Of a stretch of DNA of 64,000 bases, positions 14,601 to 29,039 are shown one piece after another; within the stretch, counting starts at the first letter, position 1; the number at the start of each line of letters is the position of its first letter. Source of the stretch: Lama guanicoe (taxonomy: Eukaryota). Where the stretch lies: assembly GCA_013239625.1 (NCBI GenBank), contig MU053418.1:124001-188000 (forward strand), read 5' to 3'. Under the pieces are notes generated by a model. The model was not told where the DNA came from. It searched no databases and saw only the letters and a list, made by a program, of their open reading frames with translations. Made by a program: the position numbers and the translations under genes.

Positions 14601-16730
14601 CGTGGAGGAAAATAGAGGACTCAAATAAAACCAAAAATGAAAAAGAAGACGTTACAACAGACTCCACAGAAATACATAGGATAAGAGACTACTATGAACA
14701 AATCTATCACAATAAAGTTCACAACTAGAAGAAATAGAAAATTCCTAGAAACATCCAACACTGAATCAGGAAGAAATTAAAAATCTTAACAGGTCAATTA
14801 CTAGTAAGAACTTTGAATCAGTAATCAAACAAAAGCCTAGGACCACATAGCTTCACTGGTAAGTTCTAACAAACATTTAAAGAAGAATTATTACCAATTC
14901 TTCTCAAACTCTTCCAAAAAATTAATAGGAAGGGACATATCCAGATTTATTTTAAAAGGCCAGCATTACTATCACCAAAACCTGACAATGATGCCAGGAG
15001 AAAAGAAAATTACAAGCCCAACATCCCTGATGTAGATACAAAAATCCTCAACAAAATATCAGCAAATCAAATTTAACAATACATTAGAAGGAGCATACAC
15101 CATGATGAAGTAGGATTTATTCCAGGAATGAAAGGGTGATTCAGTATCTGGAAATCAATCAATGTGATCCATCACATTAACAAATAAAGGATAAAAATCA
15201 ATGATCATCTCAATAGAGGAAGCAAAAGCATTTAGCAAAATTCAACACTCATTCATGATAAAAAAAAAAAACCCTCAACAAAGTGAGTAGAGGGAAAACA
15301 CCCCAATATAAGAAAGGCCATATATGACAAGCCCACTACTAAAATCAGACTCAATGGTGAAAAGCTGAAAGTTTTTTTCTGTAACATCAGGAAAAAGACA
15401 AAGAACATTCATTCTTGATACTTTCATTCAACATCACACTGGAAGTCCTAGCCAGAGGATTTAGGCAAGAAAATGTAATAAAAGGCATCCAAATCAAAAA
15501 AGGAAGAAGTAAACCGTCCTATTTACAGATAACATAGTATTACACAGAGCAAACCCTAGACTCCATCGAAAGACTGTTAGAACTATAAACAAACTCCGTA
15601 AAGTTGGAGGATACAAAATCAACATAGAAAAATCTGTTTAATTTCTATACATTAATAACAAACTATCAGAGAAAGAAAACAACCCCATTTAAAACTGTAT
15701 CAAAAAGAATAAAACACCTAAAAATAAATTTAACCAAGGAGGTAAAAGGCCTGCTTATTAAAAACTATAAAACACTGATGAAAGAAATTGAAGAAGACAT
15801 AAATGGAAAGTTATTCAATGCTCATGGATCAAGAGAATTAATACTGCTAATATGACACAATTCAATCTACAGATTCAAAGCAATTTCTCAAAATTCCAAT
15901 GGCATTTTTCACAGAAATAGAATAAGTAATCCTAAAATTAGTATAGAACTACAAAAAACTCCAACTAGCCAAAGTAACCTTGAGAAAGAAGAACAAAAGC
16001 TTGAAGTATCATATTTCCTGATTTCAAACTTTATTACAAAGCTATAGTAAACAAAAGAGTATGGTGCTGGCATAAAAACAGACACATAGATCAATGGAAC
16101 AGAACAGTGAGCCCATAAATAAACCCATGCATACACAGTCAACTAATTTAAGACAAAGAATCCAAGAATATACAATGGGGAAAGGATAGTTTCTTCAATA
16201 AATGATGTTTAAAAAACTGAGAAGTCACATGCAAAAGAATGAAACCAGACCGCTGTCTTACACCATATACAAAAACTAACTCAAAATGGATTCAAGATGG
16301 GAATATAAAACCAGAAACCATAAAACTCCTATAAGAAAATATAGGCAGTAAGCTCCTTGACAGTGGTCTTGACAATGATTTTTTTGGATCTGAAACCAAA
16401 AGCAAAGACAACAAAAGCAAAATAAACACTTGAGACTACATCAAACTTTTTAGTTTCAGTACAGCAAAGGAAACCATCAACAAAATGAAAAAGGAACCTA
16501 CTGAATAGGAGAAAATATTTACAACCATATAGCTGATAAAGGGTTAGTATCTAAAATATATGTAAGAAAAAACTCACACAACTCAATAGCAAAAAAATAC
16601 AAAACTTGATTTAAAAATGGGCAGAGAATCTGAATAGACATTTTTCCAAAGAAGATACACAGATAGTCAATAGGCTCAAGAAAAGGTGTTCAACATTACT
16701 CATCATCAAGGAAATGTAAATCAAAACACT
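11665..16730 (+). mobile_element. Near full-length degenerate L1 (5' UTR, ORF1, most of ORF2), antisense to the ZNF gene
   Basis: Collinear ORF1 (~12190-13080) and ORF2 (~13535-16730) motifs with many stops; 3' end missing. Confidence 0.88.
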
Positions 16731-16735
16731 ACTCA

Positions 16736-17647
16736 TTTTTATTAAAATACACTTGACATACAAGTTTGTAAATTTAAGGTGTAAAACATGTTAACTTGAC
16801 ACATTTATAAATTATGCTATGATTGCCAGTGTAGTGATAATTAGCACCATTGTCATTACATAATTATCATTTCTTTTTAGTAGTTAGAATAATTAAGTTC
16901 TAGTCTCTTAGCAAATTTGATGATCATAATATCATTGCCTATATTCACTATACTGCCCATTAGATCTCTAAAGCTTATTTACAACTCATTACAAGTTGGT
17001 ACCCTTAAATAGCATGTCTTATTTCCTCAACTTCATCCTCTGGTAATCACCATGTTACTTTCCGTTTTTAAGAGTTTGGCTTTTTTAGACTCTGTAAATA
17101 AGTGATACCATACAGTACTTGTCTTTCTCTGACTTATCTCACTTCGCATAATGTGCTCAGGGTCCATCCATGTTGTTGCAAATGGCAAGATGTCCTCCTT
17201 TTTCATGGCTGAATATTCCATTGTATACATGTATATACACCACGTCTTTTTTATCCATTCATCTGTTGATGGGCAGTTAAAGTTATTTCTGTATCTTGGC
17301 TGTTATAAATAATGATGCAATGAACACAGAGTGCATGTATCTCTTTAATATACTGTTTTAATTTGGGGGGCGTAGTAGAACTACCAGTTCTACTACTGGA
17401 TCATATGATTGCTCTATTTCTAATTTTTTGAGGAACCTCCATACTATTTTCCATCATGGCTAAACCAACTTACATTCCCACCAACAGTGTACAAGAGTTC
17501 CTTTTCCTCCACATCCTTGACAATACACATAGCTCTTGTCTTCTTGATGCTGGCCATTGTAACTGGTGTGACGTGATTGTGGTTCAGACTTGCATTTCCC
17601 TGGTAATTACTGAGCTTGAGCATCTTTTCATGTACCTTTGGCCATGA
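16736..17647 (-). mobile_element. L1 3' end (L1MA-like)
   Basis: ORF 17033-17230 MEYSAMKKEDILPFATTWMDPEHIMRSEISQ; possible TSD CACTACT on both sides. Confidence 0.85.
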
Positions 17648-18033
17648 GCACTACTTCTATAAACTCATTAAGACACACGATTTTTTTCACTACTATACCC
17701 TCAGCTCTTAGAGTACAGCATGTACTCAAAAATTACTTGAGTCAAAAAGTGAGTTTATGAAAGACTGGCTAATCACAGCAGGAATGCAGAGCAATAGAGA
17801 GTAGTAAGGTAGGTAACTGAAATTGCTTTCAGAATCACAGAGTAACCTAGAAAAATAACTGTAAAGATCAAGTGGGCAAAAACTGGATCACTGACAAATC
17901 CAAGAATGATAAATATTCAAAAAGTGAATCAAAAGGAGAACATTTTTGTAAAAGTACAATCTGGAGGTTTGGTTCAAAAATTAGTATTTTAAATCATCTC
18001 TAAGGATTAGGACCTCTAAAGTGATATTCTTCA

Positions 18034-18261
<228 letters not shown>

Positions 18262-18443
18262 TCAGGGCCTCTGAAAAAAGAGGGAGCTTCTGGAGCTGCT
18301 CAATTAAGGATGCTGTTGAACATTTCACTGGAGAAGTAAACATAAGTATCTTCATGGTGCCCAAAAGTGACCAATAAACATTGATTCCTGAATTCTTATC
18401 TTAAATATCATTACACTCTACTGAGTGTCTATATGCTTAATTA

Positions 18444-18644
<201 letters not shown>

Positions 18645-20149
18645 TCAGAATTAAGGTGACATGTATGGAAACAAATCCTTACCATGATTACTGTCTACAG
18701 ATTACCAGATTGGTTTGCAGAATGTTTGTTTTGCTTTATACTTTGGAGGAAGATGAGAAATCAGAGTAGAAATATTCTGCCATTGCACTAATTGTTAATT
18801 ATGAAGTCCTCTCAATGTACCAGGAAGTATTCTAGTTCTTAGAAATACTAAGATTAATAAAAATTGTCTTGTATTCAAGCAGCATATAATCTGGTAAGAA
18901 AACATGCAATAATATGTTACAAGTGCTATGGTTAAAGTACTTACACAATAGATTAACGTAAATGAGGAGCAAAATTAGTTCTATTTTGAGCTTCCCTGAG
19001 GAAGAACAGCTGTTAGATAAAGAGTCTGTTCTTCGTGAACCAGGGCCATCTTATAAGCAAAGGCAGGGGCCCTCCTAACATCCTCGGGAAATGAGCAAAA
19101 GTCAAACAGCACAAGAGGAGTTGAAACTATAGCCTGGAGCTGTGATAAGGAAAAGGACCATGGAGATATTCAAGGAATAGATTACGGAGTAACTTTAGAC
19201 CAACAGTCTGCAAACTGTGTGATCACTTTCCACCTTAGAGAATATTTTTGAGCACTAAAGAAGTTTATATTTATAAATTATAGAAATAAACAATAAATTT
19301 ATTATGAATCTTAGTTTTATTCTTAGATTTCAAAAATATAGGAAAACAGCCTAATATTTTATTTCACTACAATACATAGTCTAGGTTCTAATCCTTCAAT
19401 TCAGAGACAATAATGAGGATGTGCAGAAAATGAGACAGGAAAGATTTTAGAACTATCATATTGGCATGTCTGTAGAACATATATAAGAGAAGATACTCAG
19501 TTATTTTTTTGGTATCATCAGAGTGCATGATTCTATTTTAGGAATCACTGTTGCAGAGAAAGAGGAGCCAAAGAAGAGATCTGAGGATATACTGCAATTA
19601 TGTGACCAGGTTTTTATTTCAGAACCAATTCTCTTCCTTCAAAAAGAAGGGAAAGTTAAAAGACCAAACAACACCACTTACATAAACTCCTCAGGTAGAA
19701 ACTGGGATGCAAACAGGGCACTGATAAAAGGAAACAGACAGCAACAGAATGTGGTCACCAATTCACTGGCCAAAAGGATGTGTTTCCATAGGGTATATGC
19801 ATGAATATACATATACCAGAGTTGCAAAGTTAGCCAGGAACATGAGGAGAAAATAGATTTGGCACTGTATTTTAGCAAGATATGTCTTAACTATAATAAA
19901 TTTGAAGCATAACACTGAGGTCTAGTGTGAAAATAAGGATTTAGTAGACATTAATAGTTCAGCAGCGTTTGAAGTCATTGAAAATGAATCAGAAGGCTTT
20001 CAGAACACTGAGAGTGAAAATAACCAAGAATGAAAGCTGAGAAAAAAACACTTCTTAACTAGCTTACAGAGAAAAATTAAGTCATGAAGATTATCAATGA
20101 CTTTTCTGAAAGGTGGCAATATAAATATAGGAAAGAATAGTTTTAAAAA

Positions 20150-21330
20150 CTAAGAGATGATGACATGACCAACTCAGAAGATAACAGAAAAGCATGATTA
20201 AAAAAAAAACTCCTGGCAAACTGGAAATAGAAAGGAATTTCCCCAGTGTGATAAAGGATTTTTACAAATACCTCCAGCAAATTTCACACTTAATAGTGAA
20301 ATATGGAAAGTGTTCAACTTAAAACTAGGATAAAGATAAGGAAGCCTGCTATCTCCAATTTCATCCAACATTTTTTCAAAGTTCTTAGAGTAATATAGCA
20401 AAGCAATCATATACACAGAAAATCCAAACAAAAGTATCCAAAACAAAAGTTTTAGAAACTGGATACAAGTTCAATATAACAAATTTCAGAAAATTAAAAT
20501 TTTTAAAGGTACAACTAATGATAGAATGAAAACTATGAAAATCTCTTACAAAGAAAACTACAAAACATAATGAAGGAAAAATAAGAAGACCCGAATAAAT
20601 GGAGGGATACAACAAATTCCGGGATAGGCAAGCTCAATATTATAACAGTATCAATTCTCTCCATCCTGACATACAAATTCATAGCAATAACAAACAAAAT
20701 CCCAGAGAAGCTAAATCTAAAATATGTGAAAATGCAAAGGGTAAGAAAAGACAAAACAATCCTGAAGAAAATAAGTAAGCCAGAAGAAATATCATATATC
20801 AAGTATAATTACCAATATACCACAATTAAGTGTGATACAAGCATAAGGATTTTCAGATCTATCAACAGAATGGAAGAAAAGTCCCAAAACAGACCCATAC
20901 GTATATGTCACTCGATTTATGACAAGGGTAACAGAAGGATAATCACTTTAATAAATGGTGCTAGTTTAATTATAATAAGCATTTATTATTATCTTCAGTG
21001 TAAACAGAAACCTGCTTTAGATGATATATAGATCTAAATTTGAAAAATAAAATAATAAAAATTTTAGAAAATGCCATAGTGGTCATACCTTTATGACCTC
21101 AAGATAGGCAAAGATTTCTTAACCAGCACACAAATTATATTAATAATACTATAATATTAAGAACCTATCCTTATCAAAAGACAAAGAGAATAAAAATGCA
21201 ACACATAGATTGGGAGAAAACATTTGGAATACATATGTCTGACAAAGAAGTCCCAACCCTAATACAGAAATTTTATAAATTAATCAGAGGGGAAAAGGCA
21301 GGCCATCTTGATAACAAAACTGACAGCCAA
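20150..21330 (+). mobile_element. Ancient L1 (L1ME-like) ORF2 fragments
   Basis: Degenerate ORF2 motifs (aaataaatggagggatac; gattgggagaaaacatttg). Confidence 0.65.
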
Positions 21331-21764
21331 CACTTCAATAGAAACTATGAAGGTGAGAAGGCACTGCATAAAAATTTCAATAGGCAATTTGCATAAATGA
21401 GAAAATCAAAATGGAAAGTCATTTTAAAGAGCTAGGAAAAATGCCACCAGAAATTTCCAAATCAGCAAAAATATTCTTCTGAAATGAATATATTTTCCAA
21501 ATAAAGGTCGAAAAATTATCAACAGTACAGACAAAAAAATACTATAGTTACAAAATGACACCTGATGGAAGCACAAAACTGCAGGAAGGAAGAAAACTGA
21601 AAATGGAATTTAGAGCAGCAAGTAACACATTTTGGAACCTGTGACACACACAAAAGTAAAATATATCAAAACAACAGCAAAAGGATAATTAAATAGTTTT
21701 AAGATTCTTATATTATCTGTAAAGTGGTAAAGCACTAATTTAAAACAGACAAACTTAAGAATTC

Positions 21765-22627
21765 TATAGAGGAAAAACTCAATTCTTCTATTTTACTCTA
21801 CTCACACTGTATTCTGGTCACAAATTTGTGGGAGTTCTTCCCACACCAAGCAATTAACTCAATTCTGACACTATAGCGTCAGATCCCAGGCTTAAGTCCC
21901 ATAACACCACTCCCACTCTGATCAGACACCAATTGCAAGTCCAGATTGTCACCTGTGCATCTGGCTGTTGGACAGAAATCAGGGTTCCCACATCCTCCTC
22001 CTCTTTGGGGTCAATAATTTGATATAGGGGCTCATAGAATTTAGGAAAATACTTACTAGGTTAATGGTTTCTTATGAAAGGATACAACTCAGGAACACGA
22101 CATACAGGGCAAGGATGGGGAAAGGGGTACAGAATTTTCATGCCCTCTCTGAGCTCACTACCCTCCCAGTACCTCTAATGTGTCAACAACCTGGAGGCTC
22201 TCTGGATCCTGTAAGTTCAGGGATTATAAAGGTTTCATTATACAGGCATGACTGATTAAATCCCTAGGCCATCGGTGAGGAATTCAGCCTCCAGCCCCTC
22301 ACCCCTCCTTGGGGGTTGGGAGGTGGGGCTAAGTCACATGGTTGGTTCTCCTGATACCAGGTGCCTCACTGTTAAGGCAGTCCCAAAGTCACCTCATTAG
22401 CATAAACTCAGGTGTAGTCGAAAGGGGCCTGTTATAAATAACAAAAAAACAACAATTCCATCTTAATTGTTCTGGAGGTACTTCAGGAACTGGGAATAAA
22501 AGCTAAATATTACAACAGATGCCCCTATGCACTTATCACTTAGGATAGTATTAGAGTTCTAGGAGCTAAGTGCCAGGAACCCTGGAGGAAAACCAAAATA
22601 TACATTTATTATATAAACAACATCACA
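21765..22627. mobile_element. LTR, MER21-like
   Basis: Recalled MER21 motifs: cccacaccaagcaatt, gaaaggatacaactcaggaac, tcacctcattagcataaactcaggtgtag. Confidence 0.75.
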
Positions 22628-24151
22628 AATGCAAATTGTAGTATCTAGAGTAAAAACTAAACAAATATACAACTGTACAACTAAAAAGCTTCTAGATCCA
22701 AAAAGGAAAAAATGCTTATCAAAAGGAGAGCAGATAAGTAAATTATAGTAACTTCATGTAGTGGAATACTATGCAGCAACACATGGAATAAACTACTAGT
22801 AAATCTAACGTATATATTGAATGGAAAAAGCCTCATATAAAGGTGTACACACTAATTCTACACATACAGTTTCAATAACAGGCAAGATTAATGAAAAATG
22901 ATAGAAAAGTGTCACATAGGGGAAGGGAAAGACTGGAAAAGTCATAAAGGAACCATAAAGGGGTGGTGGACATATTAAATATCTTGACCTAGTTGGCATC
23001 TCCCAGGATGTACATATGCATTAAAAATTTTAAAAGGGAGCAATACACCTACAATGAATGCACCTTACATACTTCACTGTATTATGATATAGCAAAAAAA
23101 CAAAATTTAAAAAACCAGAATCCAGAAAAAGGAGGAAAATGGCACATGTGAACTAGTGAATAAATTTATAAAAGTAGCAAGAACTAGCTGCCAGTAAATT
23201 GACAGCCTGCAGCTGTAGGAGTTTGCGATTAGATAATTTATAGCTTCTGAAAGGAAAGGTTTGAAATTGTGACATTTTCTCAAATTGCTAATAAAGAACA
23301 TGTAAATAAAATCTTTATATCTGTTGCTACAGCTATATTGTGAGTACCAAGGCCGAGGTTCCTTAACTACGAAAGAGGGACAGTACACTGATGAGAAGTA
23401 AGATAAGTTTATGAAGAGGTAAGGCAGAGAAAGATGATGAAATAAGCAACAGAATGCAAAAATCTTTTTGTGCCATTTTCAAAAGTAGTAGGCCCCTAAT
23501 GACCAATGGAGAAAACTTCCAATAGCCTATACAGCAAGGAGTTCTCACATTTCAAGTACCAACTTGGCAGATTCTACTTCATTCAGAACAGGCAACTTCC
23601 ACTAGACTCAGACTCAAGAGATCTCAATTTTGTCAACCATCAAGCCGCATATTCTTCAAATGAACTGTTCTGTATACATCCTGGATATATATAAACTCTA
23701 ATTAGATTATATATTAACAATGCCTACAACAGAAAGCTGTTGTAGGGCTGCATTAGCTAATTTGGAAAATTTAGTTAATGTAGTATCCAGGCTCATAGTT
23801 AAGAACTCACCGTTAAAAAAGATACACACAATACAAGTAATTTCGCATATAGTAGCTCTGATTTTTAATGAAACTGTTAAAAAAAAGATTAAAAATATTC
23901 TTCATTAAGGAAAACAAAACACTGCAAATGACTTTCACAAAATACAGGATAGCGGAAAATGACTGAAGTAAATGTGAAGTTAGGGTAGTTACAGTAATAA
24001 TAAAAATCCTTTTATATTTTGGTAGAAAATTATAAGCTTGAACCTGCACTTAAAATTAAATGATAATTAGTTAGTATCAGAATAAAAACAGGACACTGAG
24101 CTACTAGAAGGAGTAAATTTTAAAAGCATTTATCAAAAGTCATTTGGTAAA

Positions 24152-24465
24152 TTGTATCAGTGACAAAATATTGCTTCAACTCTCAGTTAGGCCCCTTCTC
24201 ACTAGTCTGTCCTTACAGGAGGATTATAATTCCTGCCGTTTTGCATTAAGCTGGGCCATATGACTTGCTCTGGTCAATGAAATGTGGTACAAGTGAAATG
24301 TGTCACTCCCAGTAGAAGTTCTCAGAGACATATCCTTCATCCTTGACCCCAGCATGAAGAGTACATGTAACAGAGCCACAGCTTACTCATAAGTTCATGG
24401 ACATGAGCAAAAAATAAATTTAGGGATTCTATGTTAAGACAGAACATTGCATTGTAAGCTGACTA
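24152..24465 (+). mobile_element. MaLR LTR (MLT1-type)
   Basis: ctgggccatatgacttgctctggtcaatgaaatgtgg...aagtgaaatgtgtcactccc. Confidence 0.7.
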
Positions 24466-24974
24466 ACTCGGTGTCAAAAAAAAAAAACTAAACTAAACAA
24501 ACTAAACAAAATAAACCAATAAAGCCCTAAGGAACAACCAAGAAGAAAAAGTATTGCAAATAAACACACTGTGGGATGGAGGGATTAAAATCAAACAATA
24601 AATGAAAAAAGGTTAAATCACCCAATGTAAAAAACAGTTATCTTAAGCTTAAAAATCCCACTTTTTCTTCTTTTTTGACCAGAAAAAAATCCTAAGAAAA
24701 ACAAAAGAGGATTTTATTTATATCTCTATTGTAAGACATGTAATAATATCTAAATTAAGTCTGTTTCAACTTATATAATTTTAAGAGTTTCTCCTCATAA
24801 GGAGCTATATATATCTCATTCTTCTTAGAGTCCTCAACTTCTGGTACACAACAGGGCACATAATAAATATTAACAGATGGTTACTGAATAAACGAATAAA
24901 GGGCCAATTAAGTTATGTTACAGTGAATACTAGCTGCAATGAAAGGGAGACTTATCTATGATAAAAATAGTTGT

Positions 24975-26497
24975 GGTCAAGTGGAACAGAGAGTTAGACA
25001 CAGACCCACACTTATGTGGTTGTCAATGGATTTTTGAAAGGGTGCCAGTAACACACAAAGGGAAAAGGACAGTGTCTTCAGTAACTGGTGCTGGGAAAAC
25101 TGAATATCCACATACAAAAGGCTAAAACTGGACCCTGATCTTGCACCACTCACAATAATTAACTTGAAATGGATCAAAGACTTAAACATAAGACCTGACA
25201 TCATAAAACCCCTAGAAGAAAACATATGGAAGAAGCTCCTTGACACGCTTCTTGGCAATGATTTCTTGGATAAGACATCAAGAGCAGAGGCTGCAAAAGC
25301 TAAAATAAACAAGTAGAACTGCATCAAACTTAAGAGCTTTGGCACAGCAAAGGAAACAATCAATAAATTGAATAGGCAACCTATAGAATGTAAGAAAATA
25401 TTCACAAAACATGTTCCTGACAATGGTTAGTATCCAAAATATATAAAGAACTCATACCACTTAAAAGCAAAAAAGCAAGTAATGCAATTTAAGAATGGGC
25501 AAAGGACCTCAATAAACATTTTCCCAAAGAAATGCAAATGGCCAGCAGGTATATGAGAAGATGCTCAAAATCACTAGCTATCAAATGCAAGTCAAAGATA
25601 CCACCTCACGCCTGTGAAAACAGCTATTATCTTTAAAAAGACAAGAGATAAATGCTGGCAAGGATGTAGAGAAAAGGGAAGACTTGTGCATTGTTGGTAG
25701 GAATGTAAATTGGTGCAGCCACTATGGAAAACACTATGGAGGCTCCTCAAAAAACTTAAAATAGAACTACTATACAATCCAGCAATTCCACTTCTGGGTA
25801 TACACCCAAAAGAAGCAAAATCACTATCCCTAAAAGAAATCTGCACCCTCATACTCACTGCAGCATTACTTACAATAGCCAAGACATGGAAATAGCCTAA
25901 GAGGTCCAACAACAGATGAATGACTAAAGAAAATGTAATGGATACATACAATGGAATACTATTCAGCCATAAAAAGGAAATCCTGCCTTTGGCAACAATG
26001 TGGATGGACCTTGAGAGCATTATACTAAATGAAGAAAGTCAGACAATGAAAGACAAATAGTATATGGCATCACTTATATGTGGAATCTAAAAATAACAAC
26101 AATAAAATCAATAAAAGCCAATTTCAATCATACAGAATGAAATGGGAGTTGCTAGGGGGTTGCCAAGGGCTGGGGAAGCAGGGAAGTGGAATGATGTTAA
26201 GTCAAAAGACATAAATTTTCAGTTATAATAAGAATAAGTTTGGAGGATCTAATGTGCAGTATGCTGACTATAATTATACAGCATTGTAAACTTGAAAGTT
26301 GCTGAGAACAGATCTTAAGCATTCTCACCAACCAAAAAAAGAAAACAAAACAGTTAACCATGTGAGATGATGGATATGTCAACCACCTTGATCTTGGTAA
26401 TCATTCTACAATGTATGTGTGTCATATTATCACATTGCACACTTAAAATATGTACAACTATATTTGTTGATTATTTTCAATAAAGTTAAAAAAATTG
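24975..26497 (+). mobile_element. L1 3' end (L1MA-like)
   Basis: ORF 25710-25895 VQPLWKTLWRLLKKLKIELLYNPAIPLLGIHPK; 3' UTR ending AATAAAGTTAAAAAAA. Confidence 0.9.
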
Positions 26498-28524
26498 AGG
26501 TCAATTTCTTTAAGTTTGAAACAGTGTAAAATAAAAGAAAATTAAATGAAACATGGAGAAGAAATCTGATCCCTATGTGTAAAACAAGTAATTGTACTGA
26601 CTCCTTGTTTTAGCTTAATGATACCTTTGATATTTCCTCAGATAATGTAATTTGTCATTGTCACCTCTTTCTTTGTGATTTTTGTCATTTTGATTGAAGT
26701 GTAACATATAGACAAAAACAATGCACAAGTGTACCTAAGTGTACAGATAGCTCAATGAATTTTCACACAGTGAGCACACCCAGATAACCAGCATCCAGAT
26801 CAAAAAACAAACCTTAAATCCAGAAGTTCCCTCATGCCCCATCTCATACCTACACTCTAGGCTATTCTCACATGGTAAGCACTATAACAAACCATTATAC
26901 ATACTTAGATGTCTAAAATGAAAAGTCAGAAAACACCAAATGGAGACACTGGCAAGAATATAAAGCAACTGGAACCTTCCTATCTTACCAGTGGGAGTAT
27001 AAGTAAATATAAACACTTTGGAAAAACATTTGGGAATTCCTACTAAAGCTGTATGTAGTAGTTCCCCTCCTAATTATATACCCAACAATAACTGAAAAAA
27101 ATAAATAGGTGTGTCATCATTCCCATTCCCCTCTATTTGTACATGTAGAAAATCCAAATAATGTATAGCTGTATTATTTGATGTAATAAATAACTATAGA
27201 AAAATTGTTAGACACAAGGTCAATATATAAAAAATAACATCAGCAACAAGTTATAAAAATGCAATTATGGATATGTATATATTAACAAAAACACAAAAAT
27301 ACATGGAAGTAAATCAATATTAAATACTAAATGAGTAACTACATACAAGCACATCAATAGATATGCAAGAACTCGACAATTAATTTTAAAATTAATAAAT
27401 ACATAAATGTAGGAAACAAACCACACTCACGGATTAGAAATTCAGTATTAAAAAATAAGCAATTTTCCCCAATTTTTTTATAATTGTTCAGTGCCTTTTA
27501 ATACACAGCAATTAAGTACACAATATAAAGTGATATTTTGACATTACAGTTTCAGATGAAGACAGTCTCCCAATTTATTCTACTTTTCTAGTTAAAATTT
27601 ATGATGTAGAACAAATTTGAATTTTGCAGTTTGGAGATTCCATGTTTTCTTCTGAATCTGTCTCTTCTGTCTTGTGCATGTACACTTTCCCCACGTGTTT
27701 CAAAGTGTTCTGATGTTTAGTCTAATTTTCCCTCAAGGTGTTTTGTATGTGTCATACCTTTATTTTTATGTTGGTTCAACAGAAACTTTCATTTTTAAAA
27801 ACTGGTAAAGAAAAAGTGCAGAAATACAATACAACCTTTAAAGAATGATTTTCATCTTTCCTCTGCCACCTCCCACCTAGTATTAAATCTTATCTTCTTG
27901 GTCAGTACATTAGTCCTTATACCTTTTCATGTAGGAGCCATATTGTTAATTTAAAATTATTTATTTATTGCTTATATGATTTTTGTTTGCATTATTCCAC
28001 TGTTATATTTTTTCTGTTAAAATACTTAGGTGTCTTGGGTTGGAGTTGAACACCTATTTTTTTCCTACTAAAGTTAATGGAAATACATGTTTTTCCATTT
28101 ATCAGCTTTTCCCTTAGAGGCGGAATTTTCTGGAATGGATTAAAGTCACCAGGTGGGAGATAGATATACTTTCATCATCTCCCCAAGAGCTTTTAGACAG
28201 TTTCTGTGTCTGTCATTTTTCCAGTTCCCATTACCTATTGCTCTTCTAATTTGTCACCCCATAATCAGCCCCTTACCTGTCTTGATATATTACAGATGTT
28301 CAACATTTATTATGTTAGGATTGAGTCTGCTTGAAAGTAACAGATAACTCAACAAACTGCTGTCTAAATAAGATTTTCCCGCCTGTGTATAACAGGAAGG
28401 CACTCCAAGATTTGTGCAGCAGCTTGAATATGTCCTAACGAACAAGATTTCTTTTCTTTTTTTTTTTAAATTTATTTAGTATTTTTAGGGGGAAGGTAAT
28501 TTGGTTTGTTTAGCTTTATAAAAA

Positions 28525-29039
28525 TTAATTCAAAAAGATACATACATCTTGCTATTAACAGCAACATTATTTATAATTGCCAAGATATGGAAGCATCCTA
28601 AGTGCACATCAGTAGTTGAACAGATAATGAGGATATAGCATACATATATGTAATGGAATACAACTCACCTGTAAGAAAAAAGGATACTTTGCCATTTGCG
28701 GCCTTTCCTTCACTATTTTTTTCATTTCAAAACCCAGGATTTTATAACTGGCATAAACATTTCCATTGCATTAAAAACAACAAAATACCTACAAATAAAC
28801 TTAACCAAGGAGGTTACCTATACTCTGAAAGCCAAAATGACACAAATAAATGGAGAGATTTCTTGTACTCTTGGACTGGAAGGATCAACACTATCAAAAT
28901 GGCCACACTACCCAAAGCAATCCACAGATCCAACACAACCCCCGTCAAAATACTCACGACATTCCTCACAGAACTAGAACAAACAATTCCAAAATTTATA
29001 AGGAACCACAAAAGACCCCGAACAGCCAAAGCAATCTTT
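28525..29039 (+). mobile_element. Two non-collinear L1 ORF2 fragments, opposite in orientation to the adjacent L1 5' part
   Basis: C-terminal ORF2 ([16 protein letters not shown]) followed by a more upstream piece ([28 protein letters not shown]). Confidence 0.8.

Noticed and set aside
16600..17647. Possible single inverted L1 formed by 11665-16730 and 16736-17647
   Set aside because: The overlapping ORF2 portions differ substantially and the minus copy has its own candidate TSD, favouring two insertions
23723..23746. Perfect 10-bp hairpin CCTACAACAG-aaag-CTGTTGTAGG
   Set aside because: Context resembles the naturally semi-palindromic MIR segment; too short for a miRNA call
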